The notes under the pieces were generated by a model, which did not search any database, was not told where the DNA came from, and saw only the letters and a program-made list of their open reading frames with translations. A DNA stretch of 64,000 bases, from the NCBI RefSeq assembly GCF_046119375.1, contig NW_027362764.1:72912001-72976000 (forward strand), written 5' to 3'. The stretch comes from Phyllobates terribilis (Eukaryota). Shown here in pieces: positions 1 to 12,990 of the stretch (position 1 is its first letter; every line of letters starts with the position of its first letter). The position numbers were made by a program, and so were the translations under genes.

Positions 1-188
1 TGTACCCCAAAAAGTCAGCTGGCCAGGCAAAAAAAAATATCCCAGAAAATGGTGAGACAGACAAAAAAAAATTTTTTTGATTTACAAACTTCTGAATTAT
101 TTTTCACCACCTAAGGTAAAAAAGAAGAAGCACATTTGGTATCGCCGTAATCTTACTAAGGCCGCTATCAGACGGCCGTATGTTCTCT

Positions 189-1392
189 TGTGGCGCCTCT
201 GAGGGTTCGGTCACCACAGAGGTACTGCATCTCAACCAGAGGTGTGGTATCTCACTCTCAGGTAAGGAAGGAGTACTGATCGGGACCCTAACACCTGCAT
301 CCAAAACACCACTCCAGGCCAGCAGGAGGGGGCAAGATGCCTCTGGTTCTTGCTGAGCCCCTTTCATGGCTGGAGTGGGGGGGGACCCAGAGAGGGGGAA
401 CCATGTAGTGGGTGTGGGTGGAGGAAGTAGCTAAGGGGAGCACATGAGAGGAAGGTATAAAAAGGGAAGCCATCTTAGAAAGACAGATCAGTCCAGTCAG
501 AGGAGGAGAGAGAGAGAGAACAGTCTACAGTGAGAGGAGTGGAGGAGGACTCTGCAGGAGCTCTGCTCAGGAGGAGGGCCTGAGGAGAGGCCCAGGTCTG
601 AAGAAAGAGGAGAGGGAGCAGGAAGGGCTCCAGAAACTGAAGAAGGGACCCCAGGGGTACGGGCAGTGCTGGAAGCCACCCGTACACCCGAATCTACCAG
701 GAGGTGGAGGGGTCAGGCCACACAAAGGGGACCGGTCCCTCAGCTAGCAGAGAACTCTATGTCTTAACTAGAAACCGGAGGCTGCAGTATTTCAAGTCCT
801 GCAGCCAACAGTCCATATCAGTCTCACCAAGAAGGTAGCTATATAGGACCCAGGGGACGGAACAGACGTCGCCCGATAAGGCCCGCAGGTACCGGATTGG
901 GACACTAGAGAGACGGCCAGAGAGAAGACACAGAAGGGGGTCCTGCTAAGTACTCCGGAGCTATCTGAGGGTGGACTGAACCCCTCACTGAGTAAGCGCA
1001 GCACGACGAGGGAAGTTACTTTGGCGTCTGTAACTTGGACTGCAATAACCGTGAGTAAAGACCCAGAGGACTGCACTTCCTTGTCTCTGTGTTTCTTTCT
1101 GCGCCATCAGTCCCTGCACTACAACGCCCAGCACAACCTATCCCATCTACACTGCCCTGGAGCTAAGCTCTACCTGTGGAGAGCCACACCATCCCTGCTG
1201 CAGTAACATCATCAGCTCCAGAGGTCATGCTCCACAGCGGCGGCTCCCTTAGCCGCATGCCACAGGTGGCGTCACGAACTTTATAAACTATAATCCCCTG
1301 TAAATATACCCCTTTTGAATGACCGCCACTGTGACATCCCCCAGCATCTACCGGCCCAGCACTGAGTACCCCACGGCCCAGGGGGCGCGTCA
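189..1392 (+). mobile_element. Solo LTR of a Ty3/Gypsy family (family A; tRNA-Ser(CGA)-type U5)
   Basis: Starts TGTGGCGCC and ends GCGTCA; 4-bp TSD CTCT at 185-188 and 1393-1396; TATAAAA at 456-462 followed by GCCATCTT; AGTAAA polyA-like signal near 1054; termini homologous to the LTRs at 39134 and 40956. Confidence 0.9.
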
Positions 1393-4169
1393 CTCTCATG
1401 CCAGAGAATCAGGTCGATTATGCTAATGACACTCAGATCAAACTCTGTCACCTGAGTATGATCCAATTTTCTAGCATGAGAGAATCATATCACGGTTGCG
1501 GAGAGGATGGAGAACTTAATTTCTCCATCTCCTCCATTGTCTCTGTCTGCAGTAATCGGACTGCACTCAGATGACATCCAAGTGCAGTCTGATGTGTTAC
1601 ATGCACCTATAGACTTGTATGGGTGTGCATGGTCTGATTGTTGGATGCACTCGCAGAAGGCTATGATTTTTTTCTCATAGCAAATCAGCATGAGAAAAAA
1701 AGTGCTAGTCTGCAATCCGATAAAACATCAGATAGCAGTCGGCCATGTTATACCCTTGTGTGAGTGAGCCCTAACCTGAAAAATCAGGTTTCCAGGTCGT
1801 TTTTACCGCACAATCAACACCGTAAAAACAAAGGCCAAAAAAAGCAATGACAGAATTGCACCTTTTTCACCACTTCACCGCACTTGGAATTGTTTCCCCG
1901 TTATTCAGTACATTGTCAAATGAACAGTGTAATTCAAAAGTACAACTCGTCCGGCGAAAAAAAACAAGCCTTCATGTGGCTATGTCGACCAAAATATAAA
2001 AAAATAGTTATGGCTTTTAGAAGAAGAGGAGGAAAAAACGAAAAGGCAAAAAAGGAAAAATTGCCCAGTGCTAAACGCGTAAAGTCACAAATAAACAGTG
2101 GTTGATATAGTTAAATCCGAAATATACTAAGTTCATGTTAGACATCAGAGGCTTTTTTATATACATACATATATATACTGTATATATATTCATGGTCGAA
2201 GATTTGTACCATTTTTATGTTTTGGACCACTACTGCTTTTGACTTGGAAATATTAATGAAAAATACAGACCAAAATGCTGCCATGTGAAAGTGGCCTAAG
2301 TGGCCCATTTTAACTTCTGCCTGCGGAAGTGGCCTAAACTCACATCTCTAGTCAGGCTTCTATTCCTCTGTCCTTGTTTTACCTTCTCTCATAAATCTAC
2401 TACATTTTTTTAAGCATTAGAGAAGCAGAGAATTTCTCTCCACAAGGCAGGGATGGGTTAGGTGGAGGAGGCTGGGAATGGCAGAGGCGGGTGAGGCGGG
2501 TAAAATACTTGTTCTATTTGTTTTGTAGCAGGGAGGATGCCACTAATATGTATTTCCTGCACAGAATCTGAGGCAGTTTATTTTAAGGTATTTTGCTCTT
2601 TTGAAAAGAAAAAAAACATGTTAGCAAATATAAGTCTGTACTTAAATAGAGGTAAAAGGAATTCATCTTTATTTACTCTGTAACTTAGAGGACAGCTTAC
2701 AGACAAGAGCCGATGTGAATGCCTCAGGGCAAAACACTGTGAAGACTCCCTTCTATTACCGTATGTTGGAAGGAGGGAACTGCGGGTCACAAAAAAACAA
2801 GCTACAGCTAAAACATTAACATTGGATTACAATTCCAGATTAAAAGGTTACATATAGTAGCAAAATCAAACCATGATAAAGATGTACAAATAACAGCGTT
2901 ATCATCTTCTGCATAGTTCTGCCATACACTGCTCAAGTAATACCATCAGGGCAGGCTTCAGGTTTACGGCGACATAGCCCTAGTGGGTCTCTCTTCACTG
3001 TCAGAATTTTTCCTCTTCTCCTTCGAAGAACTATTTTTATTTTTTGGTTGATATGAGCTGCAGTGTTTATTGATACCATTTTGGAGTATATACGACTTTC
3101 TGATCTCTTTTTATTCCACCTTTTTGGGGGTTTAAGTAACCAATAATTATTGATTGATTTGATTTTTTTTTTAATTTCAGCATTAACTATACAAGATAAA
3201 TATAATATTTTATTGATTTGGACAATTACATTAAGCTTAATTTTAATTTTTGTTCTGGGAAAAAGGGGAGTATTTGAACTTTTATATATTTGTTTTAGTT
3301 TTTTTCTTAATATTTTTCATTGTTTGTGATTTTACATTTTTTATTTGTTTTTCCAGTGGGCTTGTACCTGTGATTCCTTTGTACAGTACACTGCAATACT
3401 ATAATATTGCAATGTATTGAAAAATTGCTGTTCTCCTCTGTATACAAACATGGCAGACACGGGGGGGGGGCTTCAGTAGACCCATGGCTAACATGATAAG
3501 GCCTTTGGCACCCCATTTCCAGCCTCTTAAATGTTACTGTACAATTAGCAGTAGCATCCAAGAGTGTGTGCACACAAGGGTTTTTCAGGCTGTAGTTTTC
3601 ACACTTCCTTCGAATATCTTGGTTATATTGAATAGTTGTAGTGGCTTGCATCTGTTCACACTTGGCTTATTCTGGTTGGAGGTGCTGCTCAGTTTTTTTA
3701 TTCTTGTAGTATACTCTTTTCTGACAATGGACTCCTCCCATCAGCCTAAGGTGTTAATTACAGCTGGATCCTGCCTGCCCTTAAATTTGTAGGCTTTCAG
3801 CTCGAAAGAGATATATAAGTTTAGGGTTCCATTAAAAGGGGTACACCTTGTTGCAGCTGATGGGCTCTCATGAATTTGTGTGCTATGTACCTTAATTTTT
3901 TAACATATTTTCTATAGAAGCAGTGCAGTTACTATTTCATATATGCAATGTTTATTATAGCATTTCAGAGCACAGCTGTACTTTTTTGATGGCAGTGTTA
4001 GTGCGGCAGCCCATCAGTGGGTGCTATGTGGCATATCAATTGAGACACAGAACGGCATCGGTGCCACACTTAGTTGTTGTTTTTTTACACTGGGGAATTT
4101 AGTATTTAAGAAGGGGTTGTCCGTCTACGTAGTGGACAACTCCTTTAATGTTCGTGCTGTATACTTTTA

Positions 4170-5788
4170 CAGTGGCATGTAAAAGTTTGGGCACCCTTGG
4201 TCAAAATTACTGTTATTGTAAACAGTTAAGCAACTTAAAGAAATTATCTCTAAAAGGCCTAAAGTTAAAGATGACACATTTCCTTTGTATTTTAGGCAAA
4301 TAAAAATTATATATTTTTATCTTTTACATTTTAAAAATTATAAAAAGGAAAATGGGCACATGCAAAAGTTTGGGCATCCTGCATGGTTAGTACCTAGTAG
4401 CGCCCCCTTTTAAAAATACCACAGCTGTTAAACGCTTTTTGTAGCCAGCCAAGACTCTTTCAATTCTTCTTTGAGGGATTTTCATCCATTCTGCCTTGGA
4501 AAATTCTTCCAGCTCTGTGAGATTTCTGGGTCATCTTGTATGCACTGCTATTTTGAGGTCTAGCCACTGTTTTTCAATGATGTTCAGATCAGGGGACTGT
4601 GAGGGCAATTGTAAAACCTTCAGCTTGCTACTTTTGAGGTAGGCTATTGTGGATTTTGATGTGTGTTAAGATCATTATCCATTTGTTGAAGCCATCCTCT
4701 TTTCAACTGCAGCTTTATTACAGATGGTGTTATGTTTGCATCCAGAATTTGTTAAAATGGCATTGAATCCATTTTTTGCTCTACCCGTGAAATGTTCCCC
4801 GTGCCATTGGCTGCAACACAACCCCAAAGCATGATTGATCCACCCCTGTGCTTAATGGTTACCAAGATGTTCTTTTCCTAAAATTCTGTGTTTTTTTTTC
4901 TCCACATATACCTTTGATCATTGTGGCCAAAGAGTTCTATTTTAACCTCATCAGTCCACAGGACTTGTTTCTAAAATGCATCTGGCTTGTTTAGATGTTC
5001 TTTTGCATAGTTCTAATGCTGAATTTATGGTGAGGACGCAGGAGACGTTTTCTTCTGATGTCTCTTCCATGAAGGCCATATTTGTGCAGGTGTCTCTGAA
5101 CAGTAGAGCAATGTACCAAAATTCCAGAGTCTGCTAAATCTTTCTGAAGATCTTTTGCAGTCAAGAGGGGGATCTTAATTGCCTCTTTAGCAATCCTACA
5201 AGCAGCTCTCACTGAAATTTTGCTTGGTCTTCCAGACCTTATCTTGACCTCCACTGCTCCTGTTAACTACCATTTCTTAATTACATTTTGAAGTGAGGAA
5301 AGGGCAACTTAAAATGCTTTGCTATCTTCTTATAGCCTTCTCCTGCTTTGTGGGCCTCCACCATTTTCATTTTCAGAGTGCTAGGCAACTGCTTAGCAGC
5401 ACCCAAAGCTGCGTTTTTTTGGCACAAGGTTAGAGGAGGCTGAGTTTTTATAAAGCTGGGAAATTTGCATCACCTAGCCTTTCCTAACGATGATAGTGAA
5501 TAAGCCATAATCCTAACAGACTAATTAAAGTCTGAAACCTTGGTCAAAGTTATCTGAGAACACAAATCTCCAAGGGTGCTCAAACTTTTGCGTCAGTCCA
5601 CTTTCCTTTTTGTAATTTTTAAAATGTAAAAAATAACAAAATATATATTTTTTTGCCAAAAAATATAAAGGAAATGTGTCATCTTTAACTTTAGGCCTTT
5701 TAGAGGTCATTTAATCTTCAACTTGCTTAACTGTTCACAATAACAGTATTTTTTTTACCAGGGGTGCCCAAACATTTACATGCCACTG
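4170..5788 (-). mobile_element. Tc1/mariner DNA transposon, full length, decayed, with long IR/DR-type TIRs
   Basis: TA-flanked CAGTGGCATGTAAAAGTTTGGGCACC ... GGTGCCCAAACATTTACATGCCACTG; TIRs of about 210 bp with an inner repeat of AAAAGTTTGGGCA; transposase remnants inside. Confidence 0.92.
4387..5406 (-). pseudogene. Tc1 transposase pseudogene (about 340 codons, disrupted)
   Basis: ORF 4991-5254 reads RSGRPSKIS...STVQRHLHKYGLHG (Tc1 HTH region); C-terminus GATRY* at 4387; start codon appears mutated to TTG at 5406. Confidence 0.85.
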
Positions 5789-6567
5789 TATATATTGATA
5801 GATCATACTTTTGCATATGTGGCAATATCAAATATGTTTATTTTATTTTTTTTTGTATTGGGAAAAAGTGGTCTGATTCAGAGAGCAACAAGGGGCATTA
5901 ATAAGCCCCCGTCAGCTATGGCATCCCATCGCCACCCAGAAATCATGTTGCGGGATGGTGCCACTTAAAGGATGCTCTCAAAGATTGACAGTGATGTTTA
6001 AGTGGTTAAACAGCAGCGATCGACACTAGCTCTGATCGCCAATGTTAGAGGCGGGCGCTGGCTGTATAGCACAGCCAGCACCCGACGTGTAGGGTGTGAA
6101 CTCAGCTCCTGAGCCCATTCCATACATCTCCACCCTACATGTGCAGTACATATATGGAGAATGTCAGGAAGGGGTTAATGGTGTGTCCTCTTCCAAAAAC
6201 AGTAGCAATACAACCCATGGAGAGGTGTGGCACTGTTTCTGTCTGACACTGGTAGGGGGGCATATACTTTTCATATCACAATGTCAGTCCTGTTGGAAAT
6301 AAGGCCATTTGTGAAGCAGCAGCTGGATATTTCTTTCACTTTGCTTAAACTTACTGAGTAAACACATCTGCCGCCATGAATTAGAAAAGTGTCACCTGGC
6401 TGCCCTACAGCTCTCAATATTCATCCTCACGGGCGGCTGACACCGCATAGTAGCCGGCATCTAAAAATAATTCTCAGGAATATTTTGTGGTTGTACGATG
6501 ATATTTCGACAGTACATAAAAATATACACAGATAACATAGAAGTTCTTGAGTTCACTGGTAAGCAGT

Positions 6568-6598
<31 letters not shown>

Positions 6599-6769
6599 GA
6601 ACACTCAATGTCAAGCAGCAGCTGCAAAAGCACGCAAAGATTTTATAAAATGTGGAAAAAGAGAGATTAAAAAATCTGCAATCCAAATAGAGTACTACCC
6701 TTCTATAACACCCTAGTCCAAATCTATATGCCTTAAGGGCTGTCAGTTAAACACAGCCGACATTCACCA

Positions 6770-7092
6770 TGAGAGGCAATTCAAACATCAGTATAGGAAA
6801 GGGTTCTCTACAGTCAAAGCAGTCAAACCTTGGGATTCTATATACCAAGAAGTGGTAATGGCATATACAATGGTAAAAGTCAATGAACAATGTTTAATTG
6901 ATCCACAAAAATTACCTGACAGCTATGTGGGGTCAGAGAGGAATGCATTTCTCCCACCCATCCTGTTCATTGATAGAGAATTGGCTATGGTTGGTTGCAA
7001 GGTTTTTTTTCTACCTTCCTCTGGACCAAACCACTAAGTAAGGTTGAATATAATGGATGCGTATGGTTTTGTCAACCTAAGTGACTATGTAC
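6770..7092 (+). mobile_element. Degenerate CR1-type LINE 3' end
   Basis: Resembles the anuran CR1 3' end (GAAAGGGTTCTCTACAGTCAAAGCAGT..., CCTTCCTCTGGA..., terminal GACTATGTAC); recognised by eye only. Confidence 0.4.
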
Positions 7093-7364
7093 GTACACTT
7101 CTAAAAATTCCCCCCGTCACTGGGTATAATCTCCATTTTGAAATTAAAGGGATGGTCCCATCTTATTGAATTATCACCTATCCACAGGATAAGGGATAAC
7201 CGGATTATTGTTGGGGGCCGACCGCTGAGAAAAATGGGCTTTGAAGTTCCCAGTCTGAATGGAGTGGAGTTTGCACGTGTTGACGACCGCTCTATCGATT
7301 GTCTATGGGATTGGAGATAGCCAAGCATTTGGTTTGGTGGTACCCCCACACTGTTGTGATCACT

Positions 7365-7960
7365 GATGCAGCAGCAATAAAGGCAAACAGTTCTGGGATG
7401 TATTAAGAGAAGCATAGAGTCTAGATCACATGAAGTAATTATCCCCCTCTACTTCTTGGTCAGACCTCATCTGGAATACTGTGTACAGTTCTGGACACCA
7501 CATTTTATAAAAGACATTGAAAAACTGGAGCAAGTTCAGAGAAGAGCTACCAGGATGGTGAGCGGACTGCAAACCATGTCCTATGAGGAACGGTTAAAGG
7601 ATCTGGGAATGTTTAGCTTGCAAAAAAGAAGGCTTAATAGCTGTCTACAAATATCTGAAGGGCTGTCACAGTGTCATCCTTATTCTCATTTGCACATGGA
7701 AACACAAGAAGCAATGGAATGAAACTGAATGGGAGAAGATACAGATTAGATATTAGAAAAAACTTTTTGACAGTGAGGGTGATCAATGAGTGGAACAGGC
7801 GATCACGAGAGGTGGTGAGTTCTCATTCAATGGAAGTTTTCAAACAGAGGCTGGACAGACATCTGTCTGAGATGGTTTAGTGAATCCTGCATTGAGCAGG
7901 GGGTCAGACACGAGGACCCTGGAGGTCCCTTCCAATTCTAATATGCTATGATTCTATGAT
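7365..7960 (+). mobile_element. CR1 LINE, 5'-truncated 3' fragment
   Basis: ORF2 C-terminal peptides [12 protein letters not shown]...[12 protein letters not shown] and KLNGRRYRLDIRKNFLTVRVINEWN; ends in CR1-type ATTCTATG repeats at about 7945-7960. Confidence 0.88.
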
Positions 7961-8988
7961 CAGCAACTTATCACTTATCTTGTGCTTGGGTGATAACTTG
8001 CTAAGTTGGGAGAACTCTGTTACGAATAGTTTACCAAAGTAAAGTGTGCGGCACCACTCATTTGTGCGGCACCACTCATTTGTGCAAGTTTTGACTTTAT
8101 TTTTCGTCACCAATCCAATAAGAATGCAGCAAGCCTAAAGAAATGAATCCGCACGATGGGGGAAGCATCACTCTCATCATCATCATGCCTCCCCCCCCCT
8201 CCTCCTCTCTCCCAAGATGCTGTTTCATTATCACACCACTATTCAAAGCTGAGGTCTGAGCAGCGCCACCGTCAGGTGCCGCTAGCTGACATTGCCATGG
8301 CTCAGCAGTACGCCTGCCATCCGCCGTCAATACAGGATGATTACACTTCTCTCCAGGACAAGTCATTTCTGCATTGCTTTCAGCCACTCAGATGAAAACC
8401 TTTTTTTTTTTTTCTTCCCCTGAGCCAAACGTGACATTGCACAAGAGATTAGAAGCCATTTCCACAACTGTGCACACATAGCAGTTGACATCAGGAGGGG
8501 GGGCACATTCTTTCATTTCCAATGCACATCAGGCACCAAGTTGTTCCCTGCCGCCACCATACAATATGCGTCGCCTCCCTACTGCATGAAGAAATTGCTA
8601 ATTAAAAGCATTCCTGCAAGAGTCACTCCTCAAGTCTTCAGGTATTCTCTCCTCTGGCATCACCATTAACCCCTCCACTCCCTAGAAGAATAAAAAGATG
8701 CAGCAGAGCCAAGATTGTTATCTGCAATGATCAGCTTTTACATAGGACAATAGGAATTGTGCAGAACTTTTACACAAACACAACCCCAAAGAGTTACATT
8801 TTGACACATCTTCTCCGCTACATTGTTACATCGCTGCTTTTCGCACTGCTTGGCACCTGCCCATCATTCACAACTAGTTAAATAGGGCAACGAGTAAAAG
8901 TCGCCTTATTTTATACGTCTGTGTCATCCGGATAAGTAAAATACAATCAAATCTCAAAGTAAAAAAAAAAAAAGACAGATAAAATTAC

Positions 8989-9057
8989 CTTGTCCAAGCA
9001 GTTGACTTTTTCTGTGGGGTACACGACTCTGCCACAGCGGGCACACTGGGGGTTCAT
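8989..9057 (-). CDS. NEBL: First coding exon of LIM-nebulette (LASP-2, NEBL short isoform); LASP1 not fully excluded
   Basis: The minus strand reads ATG...AAG|GTAATT and encodes [23 protein letters not shown]: 69 nt ending at a GT donor, the same 23-codon first exon as in the LASP family. Q4 and VV match LASP-2 ([17 protein letters not shown]) better than mammalian LASP1 (MNPNCARCGKIVYPTEK). Confidence 0.9.
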
Positions 9058-9295
9058 TTTCTTAGACTCGTTAAAAGAATTTTTAAAAGAGCAGTAATGC
9101 AAAAAATAAATGGAATAAAAAGAAAGTGCCCCCTTGGCACTGATGTCCTACAGTTTCCGCAGGCACAGGGAGCTGTCAATGATCAGGCGGTGGAAGTGCT
9201 GATCAGCTGGAGACAGAATACATCACACTGCAGTCCCAAGGCAGATGTGTGAGTGTGTGCGACTGTGTACAGCGAGCATCTAAGCTCCCCCCAGT

Positions 9296-9301
9296 CCGCC
9301 C
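9296..9301 (-). promoter_or_regulatory. GC box (GGGCGG) in the putative LASP-2 promoter
   Basis: CCGCCC on the plus strand about 240 bp upstream of the ATG; position only, no TSS data. Confidence 0.3.
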
Positions 9302-9310
9302 TGCCTCCTC

Positions 9311-9620
9311 TTTTTTTTTTTCAGTTTTTTTTTTTTATTGCTTTATTGAAATGTACAATTTACAAATGCAACACTCGGGTTGATCTTGGGAATATTGACA
9401 GATTTGTTGCAGAAGGTTCTACATCTGTGCCATTCATATTAATAGTGTATGCAGAAATCCATGCACTTGCTGCAGAAAAAGCGCCGGTTGGCACGGATAG
9501 GACATGTTTTCAGAAGTTTCTGCATTCACGCCTCAACACTTCTTCCCATACCACAAGTAACCGAGCTCTCACCTCATTCTTGTAAAGTGTCAGTCACCAG
9601 CTCCAATCTACTTTTAAGTC
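9311..9620 (-). other. Poly(A)-tailed fragment (possible retroposed 3' end)
   Basis: The minus strand ends in two AATAAA (plus-strand TTTATT at 9334-9339 and 9342-9347) followed by A-tracts (T runs at 9311-9321 and 9325-9336). Confidence 0.35.
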
Positions 9621-10019
9621 ACAGAAAAGAAAAAAAATGAATAATTAAAGACAAAAAGGAAGGAATTTATCAGTTGCAGAATTCTTAAACTCAGTTTTGC
9701 TGGAGGTAACATTGTTGCCAGAACGGTATATGGGTCCTTTGCAGTCCAATAGCTCATTATAATGCACAATTACACCTGTTTTGGAGGTGGTAGTGGCCCC
9801 TGTGACAGCACAGGTTGCATTAATGTCCACTCCTGACTGCCGCTATTAGCAACAAATTTATCAAAATATTGCACGGTTGATTATAAATTGGTTGCATCTT
9901 TAAATATGCCTAGAGATGTTTCTTTAACGTCCACTTACTGGAGTGACATTTTTTTCTTTTTTGAGGGGGGATTCATCATGAGAAGAACTTTTGAAGTCAG
10001 TTTTGCTGGAGGCTGTGGG

Positions 10020-11201
10020 CAGTGGCGTACCGCCTATGGCGGCAGGCCACGCGACTGCTATGGGGCCCGTGAGCCGGGGGGGCGCCCCCCGCATCGTGCC
10101 CCCCCGCACAGCTAGCATCGCCCCCCGACCCGCATTTAACTGTATCTGCAGATGTCAATACAGTTGAAGGCAATGATGGAGGAGGAAGCGTCATGTGACA
10201 CTCCCGCTCCCATCATTCCCCCTCTGCGTCACTTCATCACACCATGCTGGGTCAGGCAGTGGAGCTGATGAGAGAGACGCGCTGCAGAGACCTAAGCAGC
10301 GGGGGAACGAGGAGCTGTATGTATTTATTTATTTAAAAATGGTGCTCATATTACTGGAGGACTGTGGCTGTTCTATGCCCTATGGGGTCCGCACTATACC
10401 CTGTGGGGGCCACATTATGCCCTATGGTGACCACACTAAGCCATATGGGGTCCACACTATGCCCTATGGGGGCCCCACTAAGCCCTATGGGGGCCGCATT
10501 ATGCCCTATGGGGGACCCCACTAAGCCCTATGGGGGCCGCACTATACCCTATGGGGGCCGCACTATACCCTATGGGGGCCGCACTATGCCCTATGGGGGC
10601 CGCACTATGCGTGGAGGGGGTGCATTTTATTGCATGGAGGACCATGGGGGTGCATTATACTATATGGAAGGCTATGTGGGGCTATTACAATATTTGGAGG
10701 ATTATGTGGGGCCATTATACTGTGTACAAGCAAGTATACAGTGTGAAGGTTTGTGTGGGGTCCAGCTTACTGTTTGGATGGCTAGTGCGGGCCATTATAC
10801 TATATGTAGGCCCATTATACTGCATGGAGGGCTGTGTGCCAGTCATAGTTGGGGGATCATACTGTGTTGGGGTCACCATACTTTGCCTTGGGAGTTGAGG
10901 TGAGGTACAATATGGTCATTATACTGCACATGTGGAGGAATTCACCATAGGGGTATCATAATGTGTTTAGGGGGGGAGCACTTTTGTTGGCATCATACTT
11001 TATGGGGGCAATGAAAGAGGAATCTAGGACTTCAGCAGGAGGAAAATTACTATGTAAAGGATGGAAAGTTGTGAGATCTGCTCTTCTGTGACCCTGACAA
11101 TTATTTAATTTTTGTTGTTGTTTCTTTCTTTTTTTTTTTGGTGGGGGAGACCCAATCAGAACTTCTGCTATGGGGCCCCATGATTTCTATCTACGCCCCT
11201 G
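10020..11201. mobile_element. Non-autonomous hAT element (MITE)
   Basis: TIRs CAGTGGCGTA and TACGCCCCTG; perfect 8-bp TSD GCTGTGGG at 10012-10019 and 11202-11209. Confidence 0.88.
10370..10610. repeat. 21-bp tandem repeat (CCCTATGGGGGCCGCACTATR) inside the hAT MITE
   Basis: About 11 degenerate copies; explains the repetitive ORFs at 10195-10903. Confidence 0.85.
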
Positions 11202-11467
11202 GCTGTGGGGGAATTTACACCAGTGTTTTATTTGATAAAAACTTACAAATATTGTTGTACAAAAAATTTGCAACTTCTTAATATTTTACTCCACTATTAA
11301 AAAGTGTGTGGCAATGTGGGTGCTTTTAGCAATGTACAGAGGACGATGTAGATCCAGCTTCACGGAGTTAAAACCATAACATTTTATGGTGCCTCTAGCA
11401 CCTGTGTTCATGGTGCTATTTATTTCCCACCACGAATAAAGGTGCTACAGGCATCAGAAATGCGCTA

Positions 11468-11623
11468 GTAAACTTCTTACATGGTGTATTCCTTACATGG
11501 TAAACTTCTTACATGGTAAACTTCTTACATGGTAAACTTCTTACATGGTGAAATTCTTACATGGTGAAATTCTTACATGGTGTACTTCTTACATGGTGTA
11601 CTTCTTACATGGTGTACTTCTTA
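11468..11623. repeat. 16-bp satellite (AACTTCTTACATGGTG), segment 1
   Basis: Direct tandem copies with variants GGTAAAC, GGTGAAC and GGTGTAC. Confidence 0.95.
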
Positions 11624-12555
11624 GGCTAAGTGTCCACGATGCAGAAATGCTGCATATTTTTTCCGCTTCTCCCTGGCAGGAAAAACAGATTTTACATGCA
11701 TTTTTCCTGCCAGGTAGAAGCGTTTGTAAATTGTTTTTGCATGCATTTCTGCATGCGGGTTATCAAGCGCTTTCCAAGCGATTTTAGCATCACTTGGAAA
11801 GTGCTTGATAACTTGGTCACACTATATAAATCCATGCAACCGGCATGGATTTATATAGTGTGACCAAGTAATAGTTAAAAAAAAGAATAAGAATGGTAAA
11901 AAATAAAAAATAAAGATTATACTTACCTTCCGATGGCCCCCGGTGTTTTCTCCGCTGCGTCCGGTCTGTTGTATCGGTCACGGTGGTGTGAAAGGACCTG
12001 CCATGACGTCATTTAGTCATGTGACAGGTCACGCGACCGTCGACGTCAGCGGTCGCGTGACCTGTCACATGACTAAATGACGTCATGACAGGTCGTCAAA
12101 CCACCGTGACCCATACAACAGACTGGACGCATCGCTGAGGAGACCAGGGGCCATCAGAAGGTAAGTATAATCTTTAATTTTTTACTTTAAATTCTTTTTT
12201 TAACAGGTTCTATGGTACCTGGGTCTGGATGAGAGTCTCCTCTTCTCCAAACCTGGGTACCATCCACACATTGAACCGTATGATATCCGCTTGTGCAAAT
12301 GTGCTGACATGGATAATATGCGTTTCAATGCAAGTCAATAGCGGCAATTACTCTGCGTGTCCGCAAAATTAATGGACATGCTGCGTATTTTTCCGCAATG
12401 ATAATCCACAGCAGAAATTTCCGCAGCATGTGCACAGCACATGAATATTATCATTGGGGACCATGGGGAACGTATTACCAAGCATTTTTTAAGCGTTTTC
12501 CCTGCGGAAATTCCACCGCAAAAGCGCTTGAAAAACGCATAGTGGGCAAGCAGCC
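11624..12555. mobile_element. PIF/Harbinger-like palindromic MITE inserted in the 16-bp satellite
   Basis: Imperfect TIRs GGCTAAGTGTCCAC and GTGGGCAAGCAGCC; flanked by TTA and TGA (probable TWA TSD with one change); internal hairpins at about 11812-11868 and 11915-12175. Confidence 0.55.
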
Positions 12556-12990
12556 TGAGATGGTGAACTTCTTACATGTTGTACTTCTTACATGGTATAC
12601 TTCTTACATGGTATACTTCTTACATGGTGAACTTCTTACATGGTAAACGTCTTACCTGGTGTACTTCTTACCTGGTGAACTTCTTACCTGGTGAACTTCT
12701 TACCTGGTGTACTTCTTACATGGTGAACTTCTTACATGGTGAACTTCTTACATGGTGAACTTCTTACATGGTGAACGTCTTACATGGTGAACTTCTTACC
12801 TGGTGAACTTCTTACCTGGTGAACTTCTTACCTGGTGAACTTCTTACATGGTGAACTTCTTACATGGTGAACTTCTTACATGGTGAACTTCTTACATGGT
12901 GAACTTCTTACATGGTGAACTTCTTACATGGTGAACTTCTTACATGGTGAACGTCTTACATGGTGAACTTCTTCCATGGTGTACTTCTTA
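12556..12990. repeat. 16-bp satellite, segment 2
   Basis: Tandem AACTTCTTAC(A/C)TGGTG copies running up to the Gypsy insertion. Confidence 0.95.

Noticed and set aside
1-8988. LASP-2 exon 2 (YWHKGCFHC...)
   Set aside because: Searched by eye on the minus strand and not found; it probably lies left of the window.
9540-9640. Small minus-strand exon or Sec-containing ORF (WSW*LTLYKNEVRARL)
   Set aside because: The acceptor is weak, the candidate exon has stops in all frames, and I see no selenoprotein similarity or SECIS element.
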